Source: Ascidiella aspersa (lineage: Eukaryota). From it: DNA of 64,000 bases. The position numbers and the translations under genes were made by a program. The notes beneath the pieces were generated by a model, which saw nothing but the letters and a program-made list of their open reading frames with translations, was not told the origin of the DNA and ran no database searches. This document shows, one piece after another, positions 1-14,200 of the stretch (positions within the stretch are counted from its first letter, which is position 1; each line of letters starts with the position of its first letter). The DNA is taken from assembly GCA_963924565.1 (NCBI GenBank), contig OZ004607.1, forward strand, positions 31,682,001-31,746,000, written 5' to 3'.

Positions 1-1010
1 ACACGAATAATTAATTATTAAACGCACTGTTCTTTCAAATTTGTTTAGTATATTGAAACGCTGTTAAACTAATTACGAAATCCACTGCTAAATTACCCAT
101 TCTAAAAGTTCTACATTTGTATATCTAATAGTTGTACATTTGTGTGTCTAATAGTTGGTACAGACTATACCACCACGAATAGGTCACCACTTTAATATAT
201 CTTGAATAAATTTAGTATATGTCGATTTAAGATACCATGACTTGTTCCAATAGGACATGCACACATATGTGTGTTAGAGCCATTGCAGACTCACCGAATC
301 TGTTGATCTATGTTGGCTTTCGGTGTATTGTTCCAATGGGTTCCTTGTTTTAGTTATTTCTAAGATTTATTTGCTTTCGACCTCGCGAACTATTTTCAAG
401 CGTAAAGTCCCAATATAGGTTTTTACCGTTGCTCCGATTTTAGCCAATTTTATTGGAATTTTAGCCAGTTTCTATTGCTAGTTTACGACCTATCGTTAAT
501 ACCCCGTTATGCCCTACCGAACAAAAAGAGAAAACATGCAACACGTCTACATTTCCTATTACAACATCGAAATTCGACGTAATTCGAAAACATGGTAACG
601 TTCATACAGTTAACTTCGGTCACGTCAAACTTTTGATATAACATGCATCAGTTTTTCTGTTTTTCTTAGGCCTTGCGATTAACCTTTTATTTTATATTCT
701 CCTTTTTTAAGCAACCTATATATATACATATAATTTTTAATTTTAATAATTTTTCGAGTATTGGAATTATATAATGTTTACTGAAAAGTTATGGCCTTCA
801 GATCAATTTCGAAAAACGAAATAACGTATCACTTTCTTAAATGCTTCTATACAGGGGTTGTATACATAGGATGTCACTACAATTTAATAGCTTTTTATGT
901 TTTAGTTACTTTAATTTACTTTGTTTTATTTATTTTTTATGTTTCTGACTTATTCTTATACTGTTGCGTTTGTTTTTATTTAGATATACTGGCGATGTCT
1001 TGGTTGGCGA

Positions 1011-1036
1011 AATATATATATATATATATATATATC
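1011..1036. repeat. (TA)n microsatellite
   Basis: Visible AT dinucleotide run. Confidence 0.9.
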
Positions 1037-2236
1037 TTTTAAGACCTGTTAATTGTGTCTGACTTCAATTGCAAGCTGTGCTAGAGTATTTGAACTGTTA
1101 CTGATCAGGGATTAAGATCGACTTTTATCCTGCAAGGGTCAAGGTGATTTCTGGTATCACATATTCAATGCAACTTTCATTAATATTTACAACTTTGCAA
1201 TGTCGAACTTACTGTTTCAGATGTTGCTACGGTACAAAGCTTTCTGCTTAACACAACCTACTCGCTGACCAGAGTTCAATCAGTCAATATATCTAATGAT
1301 TTAATTTATTACCGAATTCAAACGAAACACCGGCGATGTAACACCAACGAATACTTTCGCAACGGGTGCGTTTTTGTGCAGTATAAATACAGTTGTCGAA
1401 ATTTCGAGGTCAAGGGGTCCTACGATTGGCCTTGCCTTCTAAAGGAATTACAAGGGTTATAACTCGAAACGAAGAGCAGTGTGTAGGTACGACGTTAAAG
1501 TCAATTCTCCGAGTCCGCTTCTGGAAAGAGTCTCCGCCATTGCGAACCGGTTCACCTGAAACCGTTGTGAACTGGGGTCCCTATACCACTACGGCAAAAT
1601 AGACGGAACGCTGTAAGGACTCGTGTAAACAGTTCAGCCTTGCACGCCGTATGTCGAGCACGTCGGAAAACGCCGCGTGAGCCCGGATTAATTGAACACT
1701 TGCAAAAGTGCGTTGTTGTAGATCTGCAGCGCGGAAAAAAGGAAGCATGGTCTATGTTGAAATTACCGGTTGAGATTCGAAGCGCTGATTTTGGGGCCAA
1801 AGTTAGTGCGAAGCCACCACTTTCAAGAGATCTATATTATATAATAGTTTGTACAACTGTTATTTCTCAAAGCAGCTCCGAACCAACCGAATACAAATCT
1901 ATAACGCTATTGCGCACTATGGGATTCGAATTTTCGTAGACAAGTACACAAAATTAGCAGGAGTTAAATCAGATTTTTTTTGCTGGAAAACAAGCAGCGC
2001 TGGGGCTGGTGTGGGAACAAAGGGAAATTACTCGCGCTACCGAGGCCCTATATGCGGGTACAAAATTGTTGCAAAAAGTACAAGAAACAGCACTAAAACG
2101 GTGACGGGAAGTCAGGATAGAAAAAGGACCTACGACAGAAACAAAAAGCGCCGGGGAGAAAAAAAGCAAGCGCGCCCCGAAAGGACGCCCCTCCCGCTCC
2201 AAAGAGGAGTAGGAAGAAATTATACACGGAGGAGCA

Positions 2237-5200
2237 TTAGCGGAGGTTGAGGAGTCCGGCGAGCGCCGTGCCGACGCAAGCCACGAGAAGGGGGAAGACG
2301 GTCGAGGCGGCGCTGGTGGTCTGTTCAGTAGCAGCCGGTGTAGCCGCTGGTGTAGCCGCTGGTGTAGCCGTGCTCCCATCGGTCGCTGTGCCGTCGCTGG
2401 AGCTGGTCTCGGCTGTGCCTGGGTCTTCTCCGGAACCGGTGGTTTCCGTACCGGTAACCGGGGCAGTGGTGGTCGCATTGGTGGTTTGAGCGCCCGCCAA
2501 GGAGACCGCGACTGCAAAAAACATGAATAGGTTTTAGTTTTACCGAAAAGCAATAGCAGACTCACCGAATCTGTCGTTCAATCATGCAAGCACGGCAGGC
2601 TATAGAAAAATATACGTAAGCCGTAATCGTTGGTCAAAGAGCAGCTTCAGAACGGCTAGATAAAAGTTGTTAACACACAAATGTGTCATCTTCTGGGTTA
2701 TTTTGATTTTTGTCGGGAATTTTTCGTTTGTTCTGTTTTGTTGCTGGTGGCTTTGCTTTTAATTTTATTTTTGTCGGTTGTATTTATGTGTACTTGTCGT
2801 ATTTTTTAGATACTGTGACGACATTCTTCACAAAATTCGTTTCTGGTTAGACAACTTAAAATTGTGATGACAACTAACGTTTTATTGATTTTCAACTTGT
2901 AACAAATAAAGCACGAGCGTTTTATACAAAAGAATGGTCTTCGTTAAATGATAAAAGAGGGTTTACTTAAACGTGGACGTACATTGACCTGTACCTGTAC
3001 CTTATACTTACTATTTTAACCACTATTTCATCAACAACCGCTTTAAACAATCATTAATTATGATTAACAACCGCGTATTATAAGATTATATCAAATGTGA
3101 AAGACATGTGGTTTGCATTTTTTTACCAGATTGTGCGCGGACCTAAACTGGCGAATAAATTAGAATTGGCGTCACAGCTTGGTAAACGCAACTCAGAAAT
3201 CTTCTCAAACACATAAAACGCCTTGACTGTGAACCGGGCGAAATGAAACTGGTCAAAAAAAACAGAAAACAGACGCCGATTTTAATTACAGCCATTCGCC
3301 CGCCGGCTCGAAAACACGTTGAACAGATGGTGCCCTATCACCCCCTCCCCCCCCCCCATCAACCCTACATCGATTTCGATCGCCCTGTCCCGTTGTTGTT
3401 TTTGTTTTCGCAAATGGTTGAGCCTATCAACAAAACGCGAGATGCCGCTATCGGAATGCCTCGTCCTAAACCTTCGCTGTTTAAAGAAGGTATTAGCAGC
3501 CATACTGGTTAAGGATAGATGTCTAACAGCTAAATGGGATTTTAAATGATCTGTCTTGGAATTGAACGTAGTTGGCTTCAAGAGGCCGATATGTCGATGC
3601 TGGTTTAAAAATTTTGCTTGAGTGGGTGTTCAGCGGGTAATGACAAAGGTTGGTTTGCTTGTTACTAAATGACTCCTTGCAAAAACGTTAATTATTTTTT
3701 TTTATAACTGTTGGGCAAGATAAAAAGCAGCCATGCTTCACCTTAGGCGGCCCTAATTACATTGAATACAAAAAACTTATTTTTCTTAAAGGAAGGTCAC
3801 GTTTTTCAATTTATCGCGAGCATGTTGCCTTCGAAAATCATTAAACTTTCCTATTACATCTAAACAATACCCAAACTGTATTAACACAATTTATTACAAC
3901 CTGGAAAACGCCAACGAATCGACTTCACTGGCGTTGCCTACAACCAAACATAATCGTTACGACCCCTGTCGACTAGCATTTGTCAATATATCGTTAGCCA
4001 TGTGATGATTGCCAGACCACTGTGTGGTGCGAATGCTGGGCATCTCCGATCTCACGTTCCCGATAACGCTGTCGCTTTGCTTCCCATGCGCGGGCCGCAA
4101 GCAAAAACAGCAATTGGTGTACATCAGTCAGAGCTGTACAACACAACCTGATGCATTCACTAAAAAAACTCCATCAAATTTTATAGCAGACAGTCAACGA
4201 ATACTGTTTTATATATAAAAAATCTACCAGTCCATTAAGATTGGTGACCTGTTTAGTAAAATATAATAAATACGGTGACCGAAAATTCCAATATACGCAG
4301 TGAATAAAAACACACACTGCCATTTGAGACTTCTGTATTGTACGCCGGTTGATATTTTATATTTCAATCTTTTATAAGAACTTCAAGTTGGACATTTTAT
4401 ATCGCCCTTTAAATTCCTTGTAGTTGCACCAAAGCCAGGAATTCGCGTGCTGAGGCAATGAAATATACATGATGGTCGGAGGGTCAGCGGATTAAAATAC
4501 CCAGGTAGTAATTGACATTCAACGTCGCCTATTCTTGGTGCGCAACAAAACCTGTCAGGTGTCAAAATAGAAATTGTGTTTTCCGAGTGCACGGTTACTG
4601 GAATATTAAAAGACTGGCGTTTGTCGTTTTTGTTATATTTCCACTTTAAAAGGAAACAGTAACCACCCTGTAATGTTTCGCTATTGACGTGCTTGGAAAC
4701 TATTATAGTTATATTGGTATTCAATTGACCAACTCCATAATTATTAAGTGTTGCCTCATATTTTTTGAAACAGTCAAAAAAGATTAAAACCATCTATTTA
4801 AAAAAACGCATACTTTTTGGGTCCAAAGGTGGACAATAATTAGTAGGCCTATTCACTCATGTGGTATTAGATTGTAACTAAAAAAAAACAATTTTGATTG
4901 AGTAACACCAACTTAATCACACACACACATATCGATTCCAGGCATAAATTTTGTACAAACTCCAAGATAAAAATCGATGCTTGCACTTTACACTTTTGGA
5001 CGAAGGCCGCGGCCGTCGTCAGGGCAGGTTACCAAGGACTCGGAGCCAGGCTCATCTTAAGGCTGACCGCAAAACCACAGAGTGGGGCGCGAACCTATGT
5101 TCTGGCGTGTCCGGACCTTCTCGGGGTCTCCGCAAATACCTTGAGGACGGCATGAATAATTAAGTCGCCCGGAGTGCCCATACGCCGCGCAAGTGTTTAC

Positions 5201-8200
5201 GCCATTAATGTTTATTAGCGGGCTGCTCTGGGAGACTTGACAGGGCGAGAGGAGCCTATCAGAGGTGTCAGGAAAGTTCTGTTTGCAGGGCGTGCGGGCC
5301 CAGACCGGCCCCAAACCGCTAAACGAAGATTTCGCGTCCCTCCTGGACCCACTAGCATCCGCCACGATGAAGTGCGCTCCAATCTGGCGTGTTTGCGCAC
5401 TCGGCACGGTCAAGACTTCGCCAATAAGCCGCGACGCTTTACCCAAGGCGACCCTAAGCCAATCTAAGCGATCCTGGTCACTTCTGCCTGCTATAGTAAG
5501 GCCGCCCGCTCAAGAGCAGTTCGCCCGACGACAGATTAAGTCACGTATCGCTGTTTGACATCTCCGAAAAGCGTCCACCTTGTGGCCACGTGATAAAGCC
5601 GCTTTTAAGCACGCATCCCTCGCGCAAACAGCCACGGTCGTGAGTCTCGTCAAACAAACGCAAGTCTACGGCAAGTCGTGATGAATTGGTAATAAAGTGC
5701 TGCGGGTGTCGCCTCGTGTGACGCAGGTCGCAAATTCAACATAACCGTTGCATTGCGTCACATAGTTCTCCCTAAAAGTCCTAAATGGAAAATAACCGAA
5801 GTTGTTTTGTGAGAGTTTTATAGGATTTGTTACCAATTTCGCAAATACCCCACTTGCGGATGCATTTACACGCTTTAGTTTTTTTTTTAAACCCAACGCG
5901 ACTGTTAATGTTTTCTTAATAATATCCCAATGTAATACAATGGAATTTTAACTTTTTTACTTTTAAACTATATATACCCTTTCTAAAAAGAGCTTTATTT
6001 GCCTATAATTTTATTCGACGTTTTTTTTGGTTTGTTTTACCTAAAGCGAATGCTTTACTTTTAAAATACGGTTTCGAATTTCAACTTGTCGACTGAAACT
6101 ATGGGGGACGGTTGCCAAATACGAAATACACTTGCCTTTACGTTTTCATTACCTTCACATTTTTGCGTTCGCAAATACGCACAAGTTATCGTTCGCGTCA
6201 AGTTATCAGGGCCTACATGTGACCTTGCCACGTTCCTTGAGACCAAAGTCACTTGCTTCTAAGCAAGCGCTGTCGCATTGAGAACACGATTGGAATCCTT
6301 AAGGACGTCGGCCCGCACTGCGCTGATTTCAAAGCTTGTTTTACATTTCCCGTGACTCCGAACTGCGTCTTTCATGCTGGCCAAACAAAAATAGCACACC
6401 GCGCGTGCCTAAGCCCCCTTCTCGGTCAAGAAAACCTTCGAAACAGGGCGCTTTTTTGATGATTGCTCAAATAACTGCCATAAAAAAATAGACCATCGCT
6501 GCAATTTTTAAGGAAAAAACGATTTTTAAATTTCACTTTGCAGTGTGTTTAACGGTAGGTTAGCAAGCAATTACACCGTGTTTCGCAATCACGCGGCGGT
6601 TCCGTGAAATTTTGACAATTAGTTTTCTGTGCCGATATCGCAACTTTGCGCAATCATGTAAAAAACGACCCGTAATGGTTTGGATGCGCGTGCCGTAGCA
6701 TTTCAGTACATTGTCAAGAGGCTACAGGGTTCCCCTTTTAGTTTAATTACGTGCACATCATTAAAGGCTCCTTTTAACAGCCCATGGCGACATTCCCTCG
6801 TTTCCCTTAGTCTTATAAACCCTTGACGATTTCGCTCGGTCGCTCTGGACACACTCTTTTTATCAGCGTGTTCTTCGTCGTTCAAACACGGGATGTTTGC
6901 TGAGTCGAGTCGATGATAAGCCTTGCGGAGAGACCCAGGCGTGCACAGCATAGTCGTTCCCAATGTATTTCGAAAACAAGAAGGCAATCGATACATTGAC
7001 CGATATAATTGATTTCTGTTCCAGCGCCAACCTCCTATTTCCCTGTGTTAACTGAGCCTATTTATACATTGGTGTGGCAAAATATCTGAAAATTATCTTG
7101 TTTGATTTCTAATTTTAAGTTTGGTATACCTAATTATAGCATAGTTTTATCCATAGATTATGTAGAATGTGCACATTAATCGACTTTGCTATTTTGGGTG
7201 ACTCTTAATACACGCGTTTATATATATATATAATTATATTGTTTAATTTAACCTATAACTGTAGGGCGTAGGCTGTAAAGTTGGGCCGTTGAATGTGGGT
7301 TACCATATAAGCCAGAATTTATCTGATCATAGATATGCGAGTCTTATAAGCAATACGTCATTGGCAGAAATTTGCGCCCTCTTATCACTCTTATCTGTCG
7401 CATGCGCAAATAAAACTATCCGTGTAGGACGTATATGTAGGTTACACGGGGCGAAGTTGCCCATTGCCATTTAAAGATCAATATATTGCCTTCAACACAT
7501 GCACATTACCCTAGAGCAGGGGTTCTTGAACTGGGATTCATGGACCCCTTGGGGACACGTGAACTAATTTTAGGGGCTAAAATAAAGCATAATTGAAATA
7601 TTAGTGTAATATTTAAGAAGTAATTAATTTAAAAAAAATATATTTTAATTAAAAATAAAACGTTTATTACTGAATGTATTTACACTCCATTCACATGTTT
7701 AGGCCGAAATAAGCATATTTCTGAAGTCTACTTGTATTGTGACGTCAATGGATGTCGTCATTTTTGCAAAAAAATTAAAAAACGCGGTAAAAAAAAGTTT
7801 AAGAATCCCTGACCTATAGCATAGGTATTAAATGCATTGTTGTCGTATAAATGGAATCCAAGGAGTTGGTTTTTGATCACCGGCAACCTAACCATATCTC
7901 ACTCAAACGGAAAACACAATCAGGCCTTTGCCTACCAGGGACGCAAAGTAGATGCCTGCCCATCGAATGACATGCAGTCCAGATTGCATTGATTGCTGCC
8001 AGACGTGTCTACACTCAGGAAATAAGGGTTGACAGCGCCCGGGTTAATTAGAAACGCGTGTATTGTCGCTTGTCGTTCTTTACGGACGTCTACTTTACAA
8101 CTGTACAGGGATCCATCCCCCGCGTCAGTGGAAAAGGAACAAGTATAAAACATTGTTCCTATCGTGGCAGATCACGCTTTGCTAAATTGGCGACCAGTGT

Positions 8201-11200
8201 TTAACCTGATCATATTGAGTTTTTACGTTCTGAAAAGTATATTTTAGGATTAAAAAAAACATAAAGTTTTGTGACGAATGTTTTTAAGCATATCCAGCCC
8301 CTCTTTCCCCCCGAGAATAATATTTTGAAGTTACTGTCGTTTCTTTTTATGTTCTATTCTAAATAAGAAATCTCCATAAACTTACGGTGTTTCATTGCAT
8401 CCTTTTAAAATATTTTTCCTTGTTGTTTCATTTGTTGTCATATATTAAAAAATCGCCTTCACAATCTGGAAATAGCGCTCACAATGAAGCGGTCGTTTCT
8501 CCCCAAATAAATAGACATTCGCAACTAATGGTATGTTATGGCGTTGTCAGGTCACTTAAGCAACGGACGAAGAGACGATTTGAATTGTGGCTAATAGTGT
8601 AATTTAGAAGCACAACGTTATAGTTATCTTTGTTGTGCTTTGTGTATTTGTAGCTTCCCATATAATTTAAACCTTATTGCTCTGATATTTGTCAAAGTGA
8701 TTGTTGCTATACTCGAGTCCCGTGTTGCCTGGCAGCGCCGCGAGATGTCAAGAGTTTAAATCACTAATTTACATTTAGCCACCTTAAGCTGAACTTTTTC
8801 ACCAAACAGCGGTCGTAAATGTTAAGCTCCGTGCAGTTAACCTGTGTGGCGTGTCGGTCTAAAAATGGATCACGTTCCCCTTGTCAGTGTGCGTCGATTA
8901 AACAACATTAAACGTTGTATTTAAATGTTGTCGATCTAGCTATGTTCATATCCAATAACGTGGCGTAATTTTGCGACCAATTTTCGCTTTACAGGTCCCA
9001 GAATTTGTCGCGGCCTACGGAAAACACGGCGCCAGACTACATTTGTTTGATTAGTCATCGTGCGACCAATCACCTGCTGTTTTGTGGCCGTTGATAGCCT
9101 CGTCCCTCGCTTTTCTATACCTACGTAATAAAACGTTAGGCGAAAACATTTCTGTCATGACTAGACAAGCCCATTGATGTGGCTACCGAGAAAATTTAAA
9201 TAAGCTTTTTGATGATGTGCATATTTAATCATAGGCAGTATAAAAGCCTACAGCGAGCTAACTATACTTTCAATGTATAATCATATTAATCGCGATTAGC
9301 TTGAAGTTTTGTCTTACTTATACGGGTTTAGAAATTTCTAAATGAGTGACAACTGCTTAAGACTAAAAAGTATTGTTTGCTGTCCCTGATAAGTTTAACC
9401 CCGTTGGCCGATTTTGCATAACATTACGATTATGTGCTGTGTTACTCTCTTTGTACAGTTGACAAGACATTTTTTGCTTCTAATAAGAGACTTAAAAATA
9501 TTAAAAAACAAAAAAAGCACATCAAAGTGTCCACATATAGCGCCAATTCTGTTTAACTCTATTTTTTATTTTTGGCCGAGGAAAGCGAAAGCCCTGTCGA
9601 CAAAATAGGCGTCCTCGTTAAAAAAAACGCTCGATATTTTGTTACTGTCGCATCCGAACGTAGATGGGCGCAGAATTGCTTCGTTAAATTCGGTTGTCAC
9701 TCCACTCGAAGTCACATGAATGCAACACCGTAATTTTGGGATTAACGAGATTCTATTCAGGTGCGCTTCTGTCAAGCCGATTTATTGGAATAACGTCGTA
9801 ACAACGACAAACTAATTTTCGGGATCGATTTCATACTGGTTTGATTTAGTTTTTTTCTAGGGTGTTGTAAACAAAAATTAACAAAATATGTATTTTATTT
9901 TAACAGAAAAAAAATTTTAAAAATAAAATAGTTTTTCATACGGAAACGATTTTATACACTCATGAAATCGAGTAATTTGATATTTTTAAGAACGAAATAA
10001 CGATTATTTTATGTGGTTCCATCTTTTCCACAGAAAAGAGGATTTTGTTTTTGTTTTAATACGATTTAATAAAATGAAATTTATTTTTTATTATATTCAA
10101 TAGACACCGATAATACAACATTAAAAACAACCGCCCAGAGAATGATTCATGATTTCCTTAGTTGGAAAATCAAGAAGTCATTCCCTAGGGCGGTGGTTCT
10201 AAGCACCTTTAAGAAAAACGTACATAAACTGAAATTCAAGTTAGTGAGAAAAAGCCATATCATTTTGACGCATTCCTTGCGCTTTTAACCTGTCGCAATT
10301 GAAAGGCTGCGGTTTTGCCAAAGCAACGAGCGGTCGTGGGAACAATCGCAAACCGCAATGGGTACAGGCGACTGGTCAACGAATTCCTGGTAAAACCGCG
10401 GAAGACAGTGCACTGCGACGACCTTGGGTTCGCCTGGCTTACAGTAACTGATTGTGTGAATTTGCCTGGTGCTGTTGGTTCGCTTTGATCCCAACGCACA
10501 ACGCTGAACGCAATTGGGATTTTTTTTCCCACAAAACGTTAATTCTCCCACAAACGTGAATTTTGTTAATTTACATATAAAGTGGCTTTTAGTTAAAGGC
10601 TGGCGTTGCATTAGCACTACAAGCCTTATTGTCACCGTTTCTTAGAAAATCAATCCCACAGATATTGTGCTTAAGTGAATTTCGGACTACTGCCCATTGG
10701 AATATTTGATCATCGTCACTTTAATTTGGGATGTTCTTTCAAATTTGTTTTTATTTCTACGTTAGTGTAAAAAGTTCGGTCTTATTCTCCAGTCCTTCTT
10801 TTCTTAAACGTTTACGCCTGTATTTATGGTGCAAATTAGGTGCGTTGTACATGCACAAGTAATATTACTCGTTGATCACTGTTTTTATATTTCGAAAAAC
10901 TGTGTGACTTTGTCCTTAAAAAAATTGAATTACGCAGCGTATTTTCGACAATATAGTAAACGGACAGTCGGAAACTTTGCTGTTCCCCTATAGGAATTTC
11001 CCAAATTAATTCTGAACGCACATATAGTTTGGATTCAATACACGGGCCCTATACGATCATCCATTTTCGGTAATATAAAGTGGAATGGACAGGCGGATAC
11101 TTTGCTGTTTCCCTAGGAATTTCCCAGTCTTCATTTTGAAAACACTTCTGCCTTGGATTTAATGCACGGGCCCTAATGCCATCCAGCCTGTCTTAAAGAA

Positions 11201-14200
11201 ATCGCAGCACACGCCGCTGGCGAAATGCGGCGTGCCTTTTAACCGCGTTGAGTGCAAATCGCAAGCTAAGTAGCCCGAGCATGCAAGGTGCTTCATGAAT
11301 AGAGGCTTTCAGCTACGTGTTTGCGGGATCGCGAACACGTACTTGTGTACGGGCTGTGCATTAGTCCAAGTGATCTCCACTTATCAGGCTCGCTTTTGAT
11401 TTATTTGCCAGCACTTAACCTCCGACTTGAGTGTGCGGTAAATTAGCCTAATTGAGCGCCGCGAAGCGTTTTTGCGCAGATACGTGACGCGCAATGTCCA
11501 TTTGCAGCAGCGTCATCAACAAATTGATGCGCTATTCCTAAGTTGCATATTGATTCGACTGACAAAACATTGCAAGAAACCGCCCCCGAATAATCCGGCA
11601 AAATGCGATGGACTAAACTATGGAATCCGATTCTACTGTATAGTTAAAACTAATACAGAAAATTGAAACATTACAAATGATTTTAGCGATTAATTAGTCG
11701 GGGCCCACTGTACTCTACAAGATTTCAGGCTGCATATTAGGTCTAAAGCTGTAAAATGTGCAAGGTCTGCCTCTGTTTACACAACATTAGTTGGTGGTGG
11801 GTTATAATTGAATCGAACTCTTCTTTAACTGTTAAAACTAACAAAAAAATATTTTAAAGTTGGAAGATAATTGTCAATCAACATGGTGGGCGGTTACATG
11901 AGCAGGCCAAGCCTTTATAACTTCCAAGGCTGCCTATAACAAGTTTACGTGTTAGGGAAACTAATTAAAAGGAGAAAAACAGCAACTCGATAAACCCTGC
12001 AAAAAATTGACGGAGCCGCTTCACGAAATTACTCGTTATTGGGAAACGTCTGCCGAGTCGATAAAAACTGGGAGAATTTCCCACGACAGGTTACTCGTGG
12101 AAGGAAGAACGCCCGGTGCTACCTGGGCCACCGCTACAAGTTACAATGTAGGCAGGCGGCACCTGAAGCGTCTTGACCAACATGAATAATTCAGCACCTT
12201 GTCTCACATGCTGCCGCTACTGCTGCCTATCAAAGGTTGATGCATTGGGAACGACAGAGGCGGTAGGGGAAAGGACCCGGGAACGACGACGTGTTTGCCT
12301 CGGGGGCAACATTGGTAGGTGGCAATAAGGGGTTTATTGGGTGAAAATATGGGACAAAGTGAATCCGAATGTCAGATTGTAGCCCTGCATGTTTGAAAAA
12401 AGAAAGGAGTTAACGTTCGTTCGGGATACGGATGGATTTTTATTGTTTGCGCTTTGCTTAAACTGCTTCTGCATTACCACCTCCTCACCTCCTGGTTTGT
12501 TTGGTATTGTGCCGAGCGGTTTGACTGGCGTGTATACGCAACGGTTTTACCGGATAAAAACGGAAGCATTTTCCGGTGACACCGCTTTATCAGGTGCAGA
12601 ATCTTACCATTGGTCGCAATGCGTTGCACGTTTAACAACCGCCTTGAGTTCGCGTTGAGTGAAATACACAAGGTTCGTTATAGCGGGCGAGTTATAATTC
12701 GGGCGTGGTCTACTTCGGATAAGTTTATGTTATACACGCATTGGCCTCGGGGCCTAAACGCGGTTGTCGCATATTGCCTTATAAAGAATTTCCGAATGAG
12801 ACGAAGAAAACTTTCGAGGAAACTGCAAGAATTAGGCTGAGGAAGCTACTTCGATAAGCAATGTGTTAGTAGGATAGAATATAGTTGGTTATAATTAAGC
12901 CTTTTGTAGAAATGATTAACGTTTCCGAATCAATCTATACGCGATTAAGACACTGTCTATTAACCTTCGACTTCAGTTGGAGACTTCTCTTAAGTCTTTT
13001 ATAGTATATTACACGTGTCCGTCCAATACATCTAATTTTTGTGTGAAAAACATTAGAAAAATGAACAATGACTACTACGTCTGGTATTAATACTACACGT
13101 ATAATAATTAAACTCAATACATATATACGTTTAAACGAATCAATGCCTGATGACGTTAGACTCGGTTAGGGAGTTTCAGAAATACTTAACGATCCTTATT
13201 TGAGGGTGTACAAGAAAAACGCCATTCGCGCCTTTCCCTTTACGAGGTCCAAGTCGGGCGCCAACGTGTTGACTGTCATTTCCCAGGACAGTGACGTGTG
13301 TTTATTTATTGCTTGTTTTTCGCACCCGGTCGTTAACTTGTTGGAAAGGACGGATCATAGTCGGTGCTAATTGCAGACTATACTTGTTGTTTCAACGAAG
13401 CCAAAGCGTTTATGTTCTTTGATGGTACACGGCTGAAAATGCCGGAAATGCCGAAAACACAAACAGCCCGAAAAAACGTATTGCTGTGCACAATGTTGTC
13501 CGGCGGTGGTGTTTGCCCGCCATAATTTGAAGCCCCATTTGATCGCGGCTCGATAGTAATCTGTTTGTCCGTTAACGAGTGGATAAACACTCGAAAAGAC
13601 ACGGACAAATCGCGACGGCAAAAATGAAAAGGCACTCCATGTCGCTCGCCGTGCCCCGATATGATTCGATAATTCAAATTGAAACCGAAGGCTGCGATCG
13701 ATAATTTGATATCTGACCAAAATCGCGCGCGCCCCGCTTCTCCTGCTGCTGGCACGCCTCGCCACAATACAGGCGTCTATGACATCACACAGAAATAACA
13801 ACTGGGGCCTGGGACCTGTTTTCGCCCAAAAAATTCAAAAAATTAAACTGATTTAAATGGAAGATTGAAACGTTAAATTGATCAGACTGGCGTTGAATTT
13901 TAGTTGTAAAAACATACAGCGTAACATACAGGAATAAACCTACCGCCAACAATTAGACATGTCATGTTTATTGTTTATACATTCAATTTTGGAATTTAAA
14001 ATGTCAAATTTGACACAACATCGCTAGAAACGCTGATGTACAAACCAATTTAAAGCATGATATGACATGTTATGTAAGATGTGTGACTCGTGAATTGTAG
14101 TATACGCAGTGTTTTGTTAATTGTAAGACTAACGGTTCCACCTTAGCCAGAATAGTCGATCGTGATCTTACGGTAGACATTTTAAATTCATTTTGTTTAA

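Noticed and set aside
1969-2565. 198-aa ORF and antisense ORFs over the GPI-protein exon
   Set aside because: Shadow frames of a GC-rich repetitive exon; the spliced signal-peptide/GPI frame is the coherent one
13148-13180. CTGATGA hammerhead-like core
   Set aside because: No properly placed GAAA or supporting stems
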